Shown here: in pieces, positions 33,957 through 43,817 of the stretch | Layout of the letters: every line of letters begins with the position of its first letter | Position numbering within the stretch: position 1 is the stretch's first letter | NCBI GenBank assembly: GCA_964525275.1 | Contig: CAZGDM010000001.1 | Span: 1 to 56,365, forward strand | Source of the DNA: an uncultured Thermodesulfobacteriota bacterium | GTDB taxonomy: Bacteria; Desulfobacterota; B13-G15 | Direction: 5' to 3' | DNA length: 56,365 nt | Made by a program: the position numbers and the translations under genes | Notes under the pieces: model-generated | Database searches by the model: none | What the model was told of the DNA's origin: nothing | What the model saw: only the letters and a program-made list of their open reading frames with translations

Positions 33957-34831
33957 GGCTCCCCTTCACCCCCTCGCGGGGCGGGAAGGTCCCCTCCCCA
34001 CCTCAGCTTCGTCCGCAGGAGTTCAAAATAGGCCCTGAAGGGGGATTTCACCAGGAGTACTTCCCCTGGCGCCTTGGTTATCTCCACCCTCGCCTCTTGG
34101 GGGAGACGGAGGCCCACCTGGCCGTCCAAGGTCAGATAGACCTCTTCGCCTTCAGAGGAGAGGGTGACGGCTATCTTCGACTCCTCGGGTACCAAAAGGG
34201 GACGGTTGGTAAGGGTGTGGGGGCAGATGGGGACGATGATGATGGCGGGCAGACTGGGGTGGACGATGGGCCCCCCTGCAGCGAGGCAGTAGGCAGTGGA
34301 CCCTGTGGGCGTCGAGATTATGAGGCCATCGGCGCGGAAGGTGGTGAGGTATTGTCCATCGACCTCCGCTCTCAGGGTGATCATCCTGGCCAAAGCGCCC
34401 TTGTTTATCACCACGTCGTTGAGCACGGTGTACTCTTTGGGCTCAGGCGACCTTAGCACGGCCTTCAGGGTCATCCTGCGCTCCACCTCGAAATCCCCCC
34501 TCAGTACCCGCTCCATGGCCGGATAGAGCTCATCCCGCGGGATCACGGTGAGGAACCCCAGTCCCCCGAGGTTCACCCCTAAAATGGGCACCGGTGCTCC
34601 GGCGACCATCCTGGCCGCCGCTAACATCGTTCCATCCCCTCCCAGGACTACGATTAAATCGACCTCCTTGCGGAAGCCCTCAGGGTTCAACCCTCGAAGG
34701 CCCGTTTCCCTCGCTACCCCTTCTTCCACAAAGACCTCAAGGCCCCTTGAGTCCAGCCAGTGCGCCAACTCCTTTAAGGCCTCGAGGGCCTCAGGGCGGT
34801 TGCGCTTAGCTACTATACCTATACGCTTCAC
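33947..34831 (-). CDS. nadK: NAD kinase
   Basis: VVLGGDGTML, NLGGLGFL and STPTGSTAY motifs. GTG start. Confidence 0.9.
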   Translation of the reverse strand: MKRIGIVAKRNRPEALEALKELAHWLDSRGLEVFVEEGVARETGLRGLNPEGFRKEVDLIVVLGGDGTMLAAARMVAGAPVPILGVNLGGLGFLTVIPRDELYPAMERVLRGDFEVERRMTLKAVLRSPEPKEYTVLNDVVINKGALARMITLRAEVDGQYLTTFRADGLIISTPTGSTAYCLAAGGPIVHPSLPAIIIVPICPHTLTNRPLLVPEESKIAVTLSSEGEEVYLTLDGQVGLRLPQEARVEITKAPGEVLLVKSPFRAYFELLRTKLRWGGDLPAPRGGEGEPCS

Positions 34832-34857
34832 GAGCCGAAAATATCACGGCCTTTACC

Positions 34858-34886
34858 TTGACGCAAGGAGAGGGGGTGGGTATCAT
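34858..34886 (+). promoter_or_regulatory. Sigma70 promoter candidate for the TAXI-TRAP / miaA-hfq unit
   Basis: TTGACG (34858-34863), 17-nt spacer, TATCAT (34881-34886). Confidence 0.5.
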
Positions 34887-34917
34887 GGCCGAAAACCAGC
34901 CAAAGGAGGGAGGGACA

Positions 34918-35949
34918 ATGGTGAAGGACAGAGGATTGAGGGTTCTGGTGGCCATCCTGTTAGGGATGGCGCTGGTCCTCGGGGTCACCTCCGATGGTAA
35001 CGCTGGAAAGAAGAAGACTATATCCCTGATAATCGCCACTGCGACCACCGGTGGTACTTACTATCCCATGGGTGTGGGGATGGCCTCCTTGTGGACCATA
35101 AAGCTCGTCAAGAAATATGGTATTCAAGTTCAGGCCATCACCTCCGCGGGCTCCGGGGAGAACGTAAACATGCTGCGTGGCAAAGAGGTCGACTTGGCGA
35201 TCCTGCAGGGGCTCTTTGGAAAGATGGCTTGGAATGGCATCGGTGTTTACAAGAACAAGCCCTACAAAGAGCTCCGTTCCATTACCATGCTCTGGCCCAA
35301 TGTGGAGCATTTCGTGATCATGAAGGACAAGGTAAAAACGGGTACCGTCACAGACATAAAAGGCCTTCGGTTTTCGGTAGGACGTGCTGGCAGCGGCACC
35401 GAGCGCTCCACCCTCACCATCATGCAGGGCGTCGGCCTGAGCATTAAGGACATAAAGCCGGAGTATCTCGGCTACTTCGAATCCGCCCAGGCGATGAAGG
35501 ACAAGAGGATCGACGGAGCCAGCCTGTGTGCCGGGCCGCCTGTGGCGGCGGTGACCGACATCTTCGCCGCCCCTGGGATAAAGGCGGCGATCTTGGAGTT
35601 CACCGACCAGCAACTCAAACAGATCAACTCCAAGACCGCCTATCCCGGCTTTCGTTACATTATCCCCGCCAATACCTATCCTGGGCAGACCAAACCGGTA
35701 CGGTCCATCGCCCAGCCCAACTTCCTCGGGGTGAGGGCGGATGTGGATGAGCAGGTCGTATATCTCCTCACCAAGACCCTTTTCGAGAACCCCGAATACC
35801 TGAAGAACGTCCACAAGATGGGCGCCTTTATCAAACTGGAAAACGCCCTGAACGGTCTCCCTGCTCCCCTTCACCCCGGTGCCTACAAGTATTACAAGGA
35901 AAAGGGATTGAGCATCCCCCCTAACCTTGTGCCTCCTGAGGCCAAGTGA
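34918..35949 (+). CDS. TRAP transporter solute-binding protein, TAXI family
   Basis: ATG at 34918 after AGGAGGGAGGG. Signal peptide, then the IATATTGGTYYPMG motif typical of the TAXI family. Confidence 0.8.
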   Translation: MVKDRGLRVLVAILLGMALVLGVTSDGNAGKKKTISLIIATATTGGTYYPMGVGMASLWTIKLVKKYGIQVQAITSAGSGENVNMLRGKEVDLAILQGLFGKMAWNGIGVYKNKPYKELRSITMLWPNVEHFVIMKDKVKTGTVTDIKGLRFSVGRAGSGTERSTLTIMQGVGLSIKDIKPEYLGYFESAQAMKDKRIDGASLCAGPPVAAVTDIFAAPGIKAAILEFTDQQLKQINSKTAYPGFRYIIPANTYPGQTKPVRSIAQPNFLGVRADVDEQVVYLLTKTLFENPEYLKNVHKMGAFIKLENALNGLPAPLHPGAYKYYKEKGLSIPPNLVPPEAK

Positions 35950-35963
35950 AGTAGATCGTGCAG

Positions 35964-35997
35964 GAGGGGGCTTCCATGAGGAGGCCCCCTCTTTTTT
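35964..35997 (+). terminator. Intrinsic-terminator-like hairpin plus T6 between the TAXI and permease genes
   Basis: 12-bp stem 35964-35975 / 35980-35991 (11 Watson-Crick pairs plus 1 G-U), tetraloop ATGA, T6 at 35992-35997. The permease SD (GGAGG 35963-35967) lies in the 5' arm and its ATG (35976) lies in the loop. Confidence 0.6.
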
Positions 35998-37889
35998 GTG
36001 GGGCTGACGTGAAGGTAGAGGACACGGGAGAGGTAAAGGTCACCTTCAGGCAGCTTTGGGGGCCGTGGAGGAGGGTCGTCTACGTTATAGCGGTCTTTTG
36101 CTCCCTCTTCCATCTGTGGGTGAACACGATAGGGGTGATGCCCGCCATCTACCGGAACGCCGTCCATATGGGCTTCATCCTCGTCTTGGCTTTCCTTCTA
36201 TACCCTCTGTCGAAGAAGGCCCCCCGGAAGGGCTTTGCCATAGACGTATTCTTGGCCTGCCTGGCTGCGGCTGCCGCCGTCTACATCCTCCTCTTCGAGG
36301 AAGAACTCCACCTCGAACGGGCCTCTGTCCCCATCCTGAGGGATCACATCTTCGCCGCCATCGCCCTCATAGTGCTTTTGGTCGGTACCCAGAGGGCCAC
36401 TGGCTGGGTGATACCCTTGCTCTCCCTTTTCTTCCTCTCCTACGCCCTCTTTCTGGGGAAGCTGATCCCCGGGGCCTTCCACTACCGGGGGGTGGCCTTG
36501 GGCAGGTTGCTCTACAGGATGTATCTCACCGACGAGGGGATATTCGGGGTCGTCTGTAGTGTTTCAGCCACCTATGTGTATCTATTCATCCTCTTCGGGG
36601 CCTTCCTCCTGAAATCGGGCGCTGGGGAGTTCATCATCAGGCTCGCCCAAGCCATAGCTGGTAGGAGGGTGGGAGGGCCGGCTAAGATAGCGGTGCTGTC
36701 CAGCGGCCTCATGGGCTCTGTGTCGGGGAGCGCTGTAGCCAACACTGTGGCCACGGGTTCTTTCACCATCCCTTTGATGAAGCGCATGGGCTATCGGCCG
36801 GCCTTTGCCGCAGCCGTTGAGGCCGCCGCATCCACGGGAGGGCAGCTTATGCCCCCCATCATGGGCGCTGGGGCCTTCATCATGGCCCAGTGGACGGGGA
36901 TCTCCTATCTGAAGATCATCGCCGTTGCGGCCATCCCTGCGGTCATGTACTTCCTCTCGGTGGGTTTCTTCGTCCATATAGAGGCCTTGAAGATGGGCCT
37001 GAAACCGCTGACCGACGAGGAAGTCCCTCCTATAGGGCAGACCATTAAAGAGGGCGCCAACTTCCTCGTCCCGGTAGGACTCCTCGTCTTCCTCTTGGTC
37101 AGGGGTTTCACCCCGACCTATGCCGCCTGCCTCGGCATTTTGGCCATCGTGGTCACGAGCTGGTTTTCCAAAAGGACGAGGATGGGACTCAGGGACATAC
37201 TGGACGCCCTTGAGATGGGTGCCAGGAACAGCATCTCCACAGCGGCCATCCTGATCTGTGCGGGTACGATCATCGGGGTGGTGGGTATCACCGGGGTGGG
37301 GATCACCTTCAGCCAGATGGTCATTGACCTCTCGGGTGGACACCTCTTCTGGGCCATAGTGCTTGTGATGTTGGCTTCATTGCTGCTGGGGATGGGCCTT
37401 CCGGTGACCGCCTCCTACATCTTCCTGGCGGTGCTCGCCGCTCCTGCCCTTAAGGGGTTGGGGATTTCGCTTCTTGCCGCCCACATGATCATCTTCTGGT
37501 ACAGCCAGGACGCCAATGTGACCCCGCCGGTCTGCCTCGCCGCTTACAGCGCAGCCGGCATTGCGGGATCGAAACCCATGGAGACCGGCTTTTTGGCCTG
37601 GAAGCTGGCCAAGGGCCTCTATATCATCCCCTTCCTCTTTGCCTACTCCCCCCTGCTGTTCGAAGGACCGGTCCACCAGGTCCTCATCACCGCTATCTGT
37701 GCGACCCTGGGACTTTTCGCCTTTACGGTGCTGACGGAGGGGTTCTTCCTGCAGAAGCTGAGGCCCTGGGAATGGCCTCTGGTCGTGGGGGCAACCGGCG
37801 GCCTGCTCTGGCCCCATGACTTGGCCAGGGTTGGAGGGTTCATCTTTCTTCTGGCCCTCTATCTGTTCCAGAGGCGCAAAAGTCCATAG
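35976..37889 (+). CDS. TRAP transporter fused 4TM/12TM permease (TAXI-associated)
   Basis: About 640-aa polytopic membrane protein directly downstream of the TAXI receptor gene. Start is uncertain: GTG 35958, ATG 35976 (best SD spacing) or GTG 36009 (after the hairpin). Confidence 0.75.
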   Translation: MRRPPLFCGADVKVEDTGEVKVTFRQLWGPWRRVVYVIAVFCSLFHLWVNTIGVMPAIYRNAVHMGFILVLAFLLYPLSKKAPRKGFAIDVFLACLAAAAAVYILLFEEELHLERASVPILRDHIFAAIALIVLLVGTQRATGWVIPLLSLFFLSYALFLGKLIPGAFHYRGVALGRLLYRMYLTDEGIFGVVCSVSATYVYLFILFGAFLLKSGAGEFIIRLAQAIAGRRVGGPAKIAVLSSGLMGSVSGSAVANTVATGSFTIPLMKRMGYRPAFAAAVEAAASTGGQLMPPIMGAGAFIMAQWTGISYLKIIAVAAIPAVMYFLSVGFFVHIEALKMGLKPLTDEEVPPIGQTIKEGANFLVPVGLLVFLLVRGFTPTYAACLGILAIVVTSWFSKRTRMGLRDILDALEMGARNSISTAAILICAGTIIGVVGITGVGITFSQMVIDLSGGHLFWAIVLVMLASLLLGMGLPVTASYIFLAVLAAPALKGLGISLLAAHMIIFWYSQDANVTPPVCLAAYSAAGIAGSKPMETGFLAWKLAKGLYIIPFLFAYSPLLFEGPVHQVLITAICATLGLFAFTVLTEGFFLQKLRPWEWPLVVGATGGLLWPHDLARVGGFIFLLALYLFQRRKSP

Positions 37890-37895
37890 ACATCC

Positions 37896-38834
37896 ATGAA
37901 GCCGAAGATAGTGGTCATCCTCGGGCCCACCGCTGCGGGAAAGAGCGAGCTGGGCCTGAAATTGGCCAGGGCCCTGGGGGGCGAGATCATCAGCGCCGAT
38001 TCCATGCAGGTCTACCGTCTGATGGACATCGGGACTGCCAAGCCGCCCCCTGAGGTGCGACGGGAAGTCCCCCATCACCTCATCGATGTGGTTTGGCCCG
38101 ATGAGGATTTCAGCGCGGGGGATTTCCGACGGAGGGCCCGGCAGGCCGTGGAGGAGATTTCCTCCAGGGGAAAAGTGCCCTTGGTGGTGGGGGGGACGGG
38201 GCTATACATACGAGCTCTCACAGAGGGTTTGATCGAAGGGGTAAGGGGGGACGCAAAACTGAGGGAAAGGCTCCACGAGGAAGCAGAGAGGGTCGGCAGT
38301 ATGGAGTTGTGGAGGCGTCTCAAGGAGATAGATCCGGAAAGCGCTCGTAAGATCCACCCCAACGACCTGTATCGTATCATAAGGGCCTTGGAGATATACG
38401 AGATCACCGGAGAGCCGCCTTCTGTCTTGAGGGGCCGCCATCAATTCCGGGATCGTCCTTATGAGGTACTCAAAATCGGCCTTACGAGACCGAGGGAAGA
38501 GCTTTACCGCAAAATTGATCAGCGGGTGGAGGAGATGATAAAAGGAGGGCTAGAAAAAGAGGTGAGGGAGCTGCTCGACCGGGGATACGGGCCGGAGTTG
38601 AAGAGCATGAAGGCCATTGGATACAAGGAAATGGTCCAATATCTCCAGGGCGAAGTGAGCTTCGAGGAAGCCAAAAGGAGGATGAAGAGGGATACACGGC
38701 ACTTCGCCAAGAGACAGGTGACTTGGTTCAAGAGAGACCCTGAGATATATTGGTTCAGGTACCCTCAGGAGGAGAGGGGCATTTTCGATGTCGTCGTCCG
38801 GTTTTTAGGGAAAGGAGGGGCGCATGGAGGATAG
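37896..38834 (+). CDS. miaA: tRNA dimethylallyltransferase
   Basis: VILGPTAAGKSELGLKLA P-loop and the SADSMQVYRLMDIGTAKP motif. Confidence 0.9.
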   Translation: MKPKIVVILGPTAAGKSELGLKLARALGGEIISADSMQVYRLMDIGTAKPPPEVRREVPHHLIDVVWPDEDFSAGDFRRRARQAVEEISSRGKVPLVVGGTGLYIRALTEGLIEGVRGDAKLRERLHEEAERVGSMELWRRLKEIDPESARKIHPNDLYRIIRALEIYEITGEPPSVLRGRHQFRDRPYEVLKIGLTRPREELYRKIDQRVEEMIKGGLEKEVRELLDRGYGPELKSMKAIGYKEMVQYLQGEVSFEEAKRRMKRDTRHFAKRQVTWFKRDPEIYWFRYPQEERGIFDVVVRFLGKGGAHGG

Positions 38835-39057
38835 AGGCCAGAGGAAGACCATTAAGCTTCAAGACGCCTTCCTCAACCGCATGAGGAAGGAGAGGCGATG
38901 GGTGGCCGTGGGATTGCTCTCCGGAGACAAGCTCTTCGGCAACATCACCGGATTTGACAGCTATTGCATCCACTTAAAGGGCTTTGGTGACGAGGAGCAC
39001 CTCATCTACAAACACGCCATCACCTCCATATCGCCCACCGAGGGCCAATCCGGCTGA
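38824..39057 (+). CDS. hfq: RNA chaperone Hfq
   Basis: LQDAFLNRMRKERRWVAVGLLSGDKLFGNITGFD (Sm1) and LIYKHAITSISP (Sm2). Conserved miaA-hfq synteny. Confidence 0.85.
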   Translation: MEDRGQRKTIKLQDAFLNRMRKERRWVAVGLLSGDKLFGNITGFDSYCIHLKGFGDEEHLIYKHAITSISPTEGQSG

Positions 39058-39581
39058 TGCCAGACCTGAAGAGGATCATAGAGGCCCTGCTCTTCACCCA
39101 TGGGCATCCCCTTACCGTCAGGGAGTTGGCGGAGCTTCTCCCCGAATGGAGCAGGGAGGAAGTGGCCAAGGCGGCCGAGGAGCTCCTCCAGGAATACGAG
39201 GAGCGAGGGGTGTCCTTTAAGGTGGAGCGGATAGCCGGGGGGTATCAGTTCAGGAGCCGTCCAGAGTATGCCCAGTGGATAAGGCGTCTGAAGAAGGTCC
39301 GTCCCATAAAGCTGTCCCGGGCCGCGATGGAGGCGCTGGCCATAGTGGCCTATAGGCAACCTGTAAGCAGGGGGGACGTGGAGGAGATCCGTGGGGTGGA
39401 TTCCGGTTGGGTCCTGGGATCGCTGATGGAAAAGGGTCTCATCAAACCCGTGGGACGCAAAGAGGCCCCTGGTAGGCCCCTGCTCTACGGTACCACGAAG
39501 AAGTTCCTGGAGGTCTTCGGCCTGAGGGACCTAAAAGACCTCCCCACCCTCCAGGAGATCGATGCCCTAAAAGAGGGTTGA
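39057..39581 (+). CDS. scpB: Segregation and condensation protein B
   Basis: IIEALLFTHGHPLTVRELAELL, the LSRAAMEALAIVAYRQPVSRGDVEEIRGV wHTH repeats, and GRPLLYGTT. Confidence 0.85.
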   Translation: MPDLKRIIEALLFTHGHPLTVRELAELLPEWSREEVAKAAEELLQEYEERGVSFKVERIAGGYQFRSRPEYAQWIRRLKKVRPIKLSRAAMEALAIVAYRQPVSRGDVEEIRGVDSGWVLGSLMEKGLIKPVGRKEAPGRPLLYGTTKKFLEVFGLRDLKDLPTLQEIDALKEG

Positions 39582-40306
39582 TGACGTTGGAGCGCCTCCA
39601 AAAGATCCTGGCAGAGCGGGGCATCGCCTCAAGGCGCCACGCCGAAGAGCTCATCAGGGCGGGCCGCGTCACGGTCAACGGCCAGTTGGCATCAATAGGT
39701 ATGAAGGCAGATCCGGATAGGGACGACATCAGAGTGGACGGAAGGCCCCTTCCCCCACCCCAGCCAAAGCGCTACTACCTCCTCTACAAACCACAAGGGG
39801 TGATCACCTCCCTCAAGGACCCTCAGGGACGCCCCACCGTCAAGGACCTCATCCGCGGGATAAGGGAGCGGGTCTTCCCCGTGGGGAGGTTGGATTGGGA
39901 TTCCGAGGGCCTGTTGCTTCTTACCAACGACGGGGAGCTGTCCTTGCGCCTGTCCCACCCCCGTTACGGAGTCCCGAGGCAGTACTTGGTGAAGGTCAAG
40001 GGCATCCCCTCGGAGGGGACCCTCAGGCGCCTCAGGGTGGGGGGAGTCCCCCTTGAGGATGGGCCAAGTCCCCCCATGGATGTGCGGTTGCTGAAGAGGA
40101 CGCGGCGCTCGGCATGGCTTGAGGTTACGGTAAGGGAGGGGAGGAACAGGGTCGTGAGGAGGACCTTCGAGGCCCTCGGATATCCAGTGAGGAAGCTCAG
40201 GAGGGTGGCCTTCGGCCCCCTGAGGCTCGAAGGGTTGAGGCCAGGCATGTACCGTCCCCTGACTCCTAAGGAACTCAAGGAGTTGAAGAAGTGGCTGCAG
40301 ATGTGA
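39581..40306 (+). CDS. rluB: Pseudouridine synthase, RsuA/RluB family
   Basis: S4 domain (RLQKILAERGIASRRHAEELIRAGRVTVNG) and the catalytic GRLDWDSEGLLLLTNDG motif. The ATG at 39581 overlaps the scpB TGA by 1 nt. Confidence 0.8.
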   Translation: MTLERLQKILAERGIASRRHAEELIRAGRVTVNGQLASIGMKADPDRDDIRVDGRPLPPPQPKRYYLLYKPQGVITSLKDPQGRPTVKDLIRGIRERVFPVGRLDWDSEGLLLLTNDGELSLRLSHPRYGVPRQYLVKVKGIPSEGTLRRLRVGGVPLEDGPSPPMDVRLLKRTRRSAWLEVTVREGRNRVVRRTFEALGYPVRKLRRVAFGPLRLEGLRPGMYRPLTPKELKELKKWLQM

Positions 40307-40869
40307 ATCTGGAGTTGAGGCGCGATCTCATGCATTCCCTGGGGCTCGTCATCCCGGTGGCCTATTGCCTCCTGCCGAAGGAGACGGTCCTGTTGGGGAT
40401 GATCCCCATCGTCGTGGTCTACGGAGGGTGCGATCTTTTGAGGCTTTACCACAAGGGCTTCAGGAGGTTTTTTTACAGGTTCATCGGCAACCGCTTGCTC
40501 AAGCCGCGCGAGGAGAGGAACTTGATAGGCTCCACCTATTTTCTCATAGGCGCAGTGCTCACCATCTTGCTCTATGACAAAGGGGCGGCCATACCGGCGT
40601 TGTTCATCGTGGTACTGGCCGACATCGCTGCCTCAGAGGTCGGCTCGAGATGGGGAAGACACAGGATCTTCGACGAAAAGACCCTTGAGGGAGCGTTGGC
40701 CTTCTTCCTCACCGCCCTTGCCATCGTCTCCCTTTTCTATCCAGGTCCCAAAGGATGGGGGGTTGGGGCGGCCTTCGCTGCTACAGTGGTGGAAACCGTG
40801 CCTTGGAGGATAGATGACAACTTAACGGTGTCCCTGGTGGCGGGCTTCGTCCTTCAGATGGGGATTTAA
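40291..40869 (+). CDS. Polyprenol/diacylglycerol (dolichol/phytol) kinase-family membrane protein
   Basis: Multi-TM protein with ADIAASEVGSRWGRHRI...KTLEGALAFF, the CTP-transferase/kinase COG0170-type motif. Confidence 0.6.
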   Translation: MAADVNLELRRDLMHSLGLVIPVAYCLLPKETVLLGMIPIVVVYGGCDLLRLYHKGFRRFFYRFIGNRLLKPREERNLIGSTYFLIGAVLTILLYDKGAAIPALFIVVLADIAASEVGSRWGRHRIFDEKTLEGALAFFLTALAIVSLFYPGPKGWGVGAAFAATVVETVPWRIDDNLTVSLVAGFVLQMGI

Positions 40870-42239
40870 AGGCCGTATTTGGCCAATTTGTAACGGATGG
40901 CCCTGAAGTTCATCCCGAGGAGCTCGGCGGCCCTCTTCTTCACCCCCCCTGCTTTCTCCAAGGCCTTTCGGAGATACGCCTTTTCCATCTCCTCTATAAT
41001 CTTCTCCAGGTCCACCCCCCCGTCCGGTATCTCGATCTCCCAATTGGGGGTATGGGGATAGACAGGGGCCTCGGAGAGATAGGGACGGATGTACCTGTCC
41101 GTCACCAGAGGACCGGACTCAAGGGTGATGGATCGCTCGATGATGTTCTCCAGTTCCCTGACGTTTCCGGGGTAGTGGTACTGGAGCAATAGCTCCATGG
41201 CCTCTGGGCTGAAGCCTTCCATCTCCTTTCCGAGCTCTTTGCTGTACTTCTCCAAGAAGTATTGGGCGAGCAGGGGGATGTCTTCCTTTCGCTCCCTGAG
41301 GGGCGGTAGTTTTATCTGGATGACGTTGAGCCGGTAAAAGAGGTCCTCGCGGAATTCCCCCTTCTTGATCTTTTCCTCCAGGTTCTGGTTTGTGGCGGCG
41401 ATGATCCTAAGATCCACCTTGATATCCGTCGTCCCCCCGAGCCTCTTGAACTCCCGTTCCTGGATAACCCTGAGGAGCTTGGCTTGGAGCAATGGCGGCA
41501 GGTCCCCCACCTCGTCGAAAAATATGGTGCCGCCGTCCGCTACCTCCAGTAATCCCCGTTTAGTGGTAGCCGCTCCAGTGAAGGCCCCTTTGACGTAACC
41601 GAAGAGCTCGCTTTCAAGCAACGTCTCCGGTATGGCGGCACAGTTCAGGGCCACAAAGGGCCGGTTCTTCCTCGGGCCATTGTAGTGAATGGCCTTGGCC
41701 ACGAGCTCTTTGCCAGTGCCGCTTTCCCCTACGATGAGGACGTTGACCTTGGTCTGAGAGACCTTCTCAATGAGGTCGAAGACCTGTTGCATCTTGGGGC
41801 TCTTGCCGATGATGTTCCAGAAGCGGTAACGACCCTCCACCTCCTGACGCAGTCTGCGGTTTTCCTCCCAGAGGGTGTAACGTTCAAGGGCTTTCCTGAT
41901 GATGAGCTTTACCTCATCCACCCTGAAGGGCTTGGTGATGTAGTCATAAGCCCCTTGCTTCATGGCCTCAACGGCCCCCTCAGGGGAGCCGTAAGCGGTG
42001 ATCATGATCACCAGGGTCTCCGGCTGGACGTCCTTCACCTTTTTCAAGATCTGGAATCCGTCCACCTCGGGCATCCTCACATCGGTCAGGACCAGGTGGT
42101 AGGGCTCCCGTTCTATGAGGTCGAGGGCCTCTTTAGGGTCGGTGGCGGTTTTTACATCATAGCCCTCTTTTTTCAACATGATCTCCAAGAAGTCACACAT
42201 GCTCTTTTCATCGTCCACCACCAATACCTTGGCTTCCAT
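40866..42239 (-). CDS. pilR: Sigma54-dependent response regulator, PilR/NtrC type
   Basis: Receiver domain (VLVVDDE..LVLTDVRMP), AAA+ domain with GESGTGKE and GAFTGA, and a C-terminal HTH. Located downstream of pilS in the pil operon. Confidence 0.8.
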   Translation of the reverse strand: MEAKVLVVDDEKSMCDFLEIMLKKEGYDVKTATDPKEALDLIEREPYHLVLTDVRMPEVDGFQILKKVKDVQPETLVIMITAYGSPEGAVEAMKQGAYDYITKPFRVDEVKLIIRKALERYTLWEENRRLRQEVEGRYRFWNIIGKSPKMQQVFDLIEKVSQTKVNVLIVGESGTGKELVAKAIHYNGPRKNRPFVALNCAAIPETLLESELFGYVKGAFTGAATTKRGLLEVADGGTIFFDEVGDLPPLLQAKLLRVIQEREFKRLGGTTDIKVDLRIIAATNQNLEEKIKKGEFREDLFYRLNVIQIKLPPLRERKEDIPLLAQYFLEKYSKELGKEMEGFSPEAMELLLQYHYPGNVRELENIIERSITLESGPLVTDRYIRPYLSEAPVYPHTPNWEIEIPDGGVDLEKIIEEMEKAYLRKALEKAGGVKKRAAELLGMNFRAIRYKLAKYGL

Positions 42240-42251
42240 TTCCGCCTCCTG

Positions 42252-43811
42252 TTAACTGCCTTTAGGGGTCCTCAAGGGGAGGGTGACCGTAAAGACGCTT
42301 CCCTCGCCCTTGCGGCTCCTTACGGCGATGGAGCCGTGGTGTAATTCTATGATCTTGTGCACAATGGAGAGGCCAAGCCCTGTCCCCCGTTCCTTGGTGG
42401 TGAAGAAGGGCTCAAAGATCCTCTCCACCTCCTCTTGGGACATTCCCACGCCGGTGTCCTCCACCCTAAGGACAGCGCTTTCCGTCTCGGTATCCTTGTA
42501 GAGTTCCACCCGGAGCGTGCCCTTTCCGTCCATGGCCTCTACGGCGTTGAGCAACAGATTCCACAGCACCTGCTGTATCTGCTGGGGATCGCAGGGCACC
42601 ATTACACCATCCTCTATCCTTTCTATCAACTCTATCCCGTGGCGGTACTCCGGTGAATGAAAGAACAGTTCCAAGGTGTCCTTCACAACTTTTGCTAGGT
42701 CGACCCTTTCCCTCTTGGCCTTTGGTGGTTGGGCGTAGAGGAGGAAATCCGAGATAAGGCGGTTGAGCCTGTTGGATTCGGTGATGATAATGTTCATCAA
42801 CCTTTCGGTATTTGGGTTGTCAAAGCCGCCTTCGTCCTTGAAGAGCTGTATGGCGCCACTTATAGAAGCCATGGGGTTACGGATTTCGTGGGCGAGTCCC
42901 GCGGCAAGCTGCCCCACCGCGGCGAGCTTCTCCGTGCGTTTCATCTGCTCCTCCATCTCCTTCCAGCGGGTCAGGTCTTGGAAGATGAAGATCCTGCCCA
43001 CCCTCCGTCCCCTGTGATCCTTCAAGGTGGAGATGGAGAGCCCCAAAACGAGGTCCTCCTGCCCCCGGCGATAGGTGACCTCCAATCTCTCTTTGGCAGT
43101 GCCTTCGAATTTGGGAAAGAGCTGGGAAACAGGCCTGCCCAAAAGGACGTGTTCCCTGACTCCGAGGATCCGTTCAGCTGCTTTGTTGACGAAGGTGATG
43201 CGATCGTCCCTGTCCGTGGTGATGAGACCGCTGGAGATGCTCTCCAGGACATAACGGCTGTAGGCTTCGAGACGCCTGTAATCCTCGCGGCTGCGTTGAA
43301 GCTCTCGGCTGCGGCTTGCCGACTCCTCCCAAAGGAAACCTATCACGTATCCCGCCAAGATGAAGCTCACCAGGGCCAAAAGGTATCGGTAGAGGAGGTA
43401 GAGTCCTTGATAGGTCCCCGGCCCCGTGAGGTACTCAGAATTGAGGAGCAGGCCGTAGGACAAACCGCAGGCCAGGGCACCGATGATGCCTCCCCTCCGT
43501 TCAAGGAGGACCCCTCCTTCGATGATCACCAGCATGTATATGGGGAAAAAGGGACTTCTCCCTCCCCCGGTCAACCATAGCAATCCAGTGACCCCTGCCA
43601 CATCAAGGATCACCATGCTGTAAAAGGTCAGGTAACTCGGCCTGAACCCCACGAGGGTGACGAGGTAGAGGAATCCCACCAGGGCATAGTAAGACCACCA
43701 AGGGCCCCTCCAAGGTTCCATTCCCTCAAGTTGCAAGAGCAGCCCTGCCAAGAGGAAGAGGGTAAGGAGGACAAAGCGATAGAGGAGGAACTTGCGGAGC
43801 CCTTGAGGCAT
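42252..43811 (-). CDS. pilS: Membrane sensor histidine kinase, PilS-like
   Basis: About six N-terminal TM helices, a PAS-like segment, the H-box LAAGLAHEIRNPM, and N/G boxes (NLLLNAVEAM, EDTGVGM, GTGLGLSIV). Confidence 0.75.
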   Translation of the reverse strand: MPQGLRKFLLYRFVLLTLFLLAGLLLQLEGMEPWRGPWWSYYALVGFLYLVTLVGFRPSYLTFYSMVILDVAGVTGLLWLTGGGRSPFFPIYMLVIIEGGVLLERRGGIIGALACGLSYGLLLNSEYLTGPGTYQGLYLLYRYLLALVSFILAGYVIGFLWEESASRSRELQRSREDYRRLEAYSRYVLESISSGLITTDRDDRITFVNKAAERILGVREHVLLGRPVSQLFPKFEGTAKERLEVTYRRGQEDLVLGLSISTLKDHRGRRVGRIFIFQDLTRWKEMEEQMKRTEKLAAVGQLAAGLAHEIRNPMASISGAIQLFKDEGGFDNPNTERLMNIIITESNRLNRLISDFLLYAQPPKAKRERVDLAKVVKDTLELFFHSPEYRHGIELIERIEDGVMVPCDPQQIQQVLWNLLLNAVEAMDGKGTLRVELYKDTETESAVLRVEDTGVGMSQEEVERIFEPFFTTKERGTGLGLSIVHKIIELHHGSIAVRSRKGEGSVFTVTLPLRTPKGS

Positions 43812-43817
43812 ATCCCC

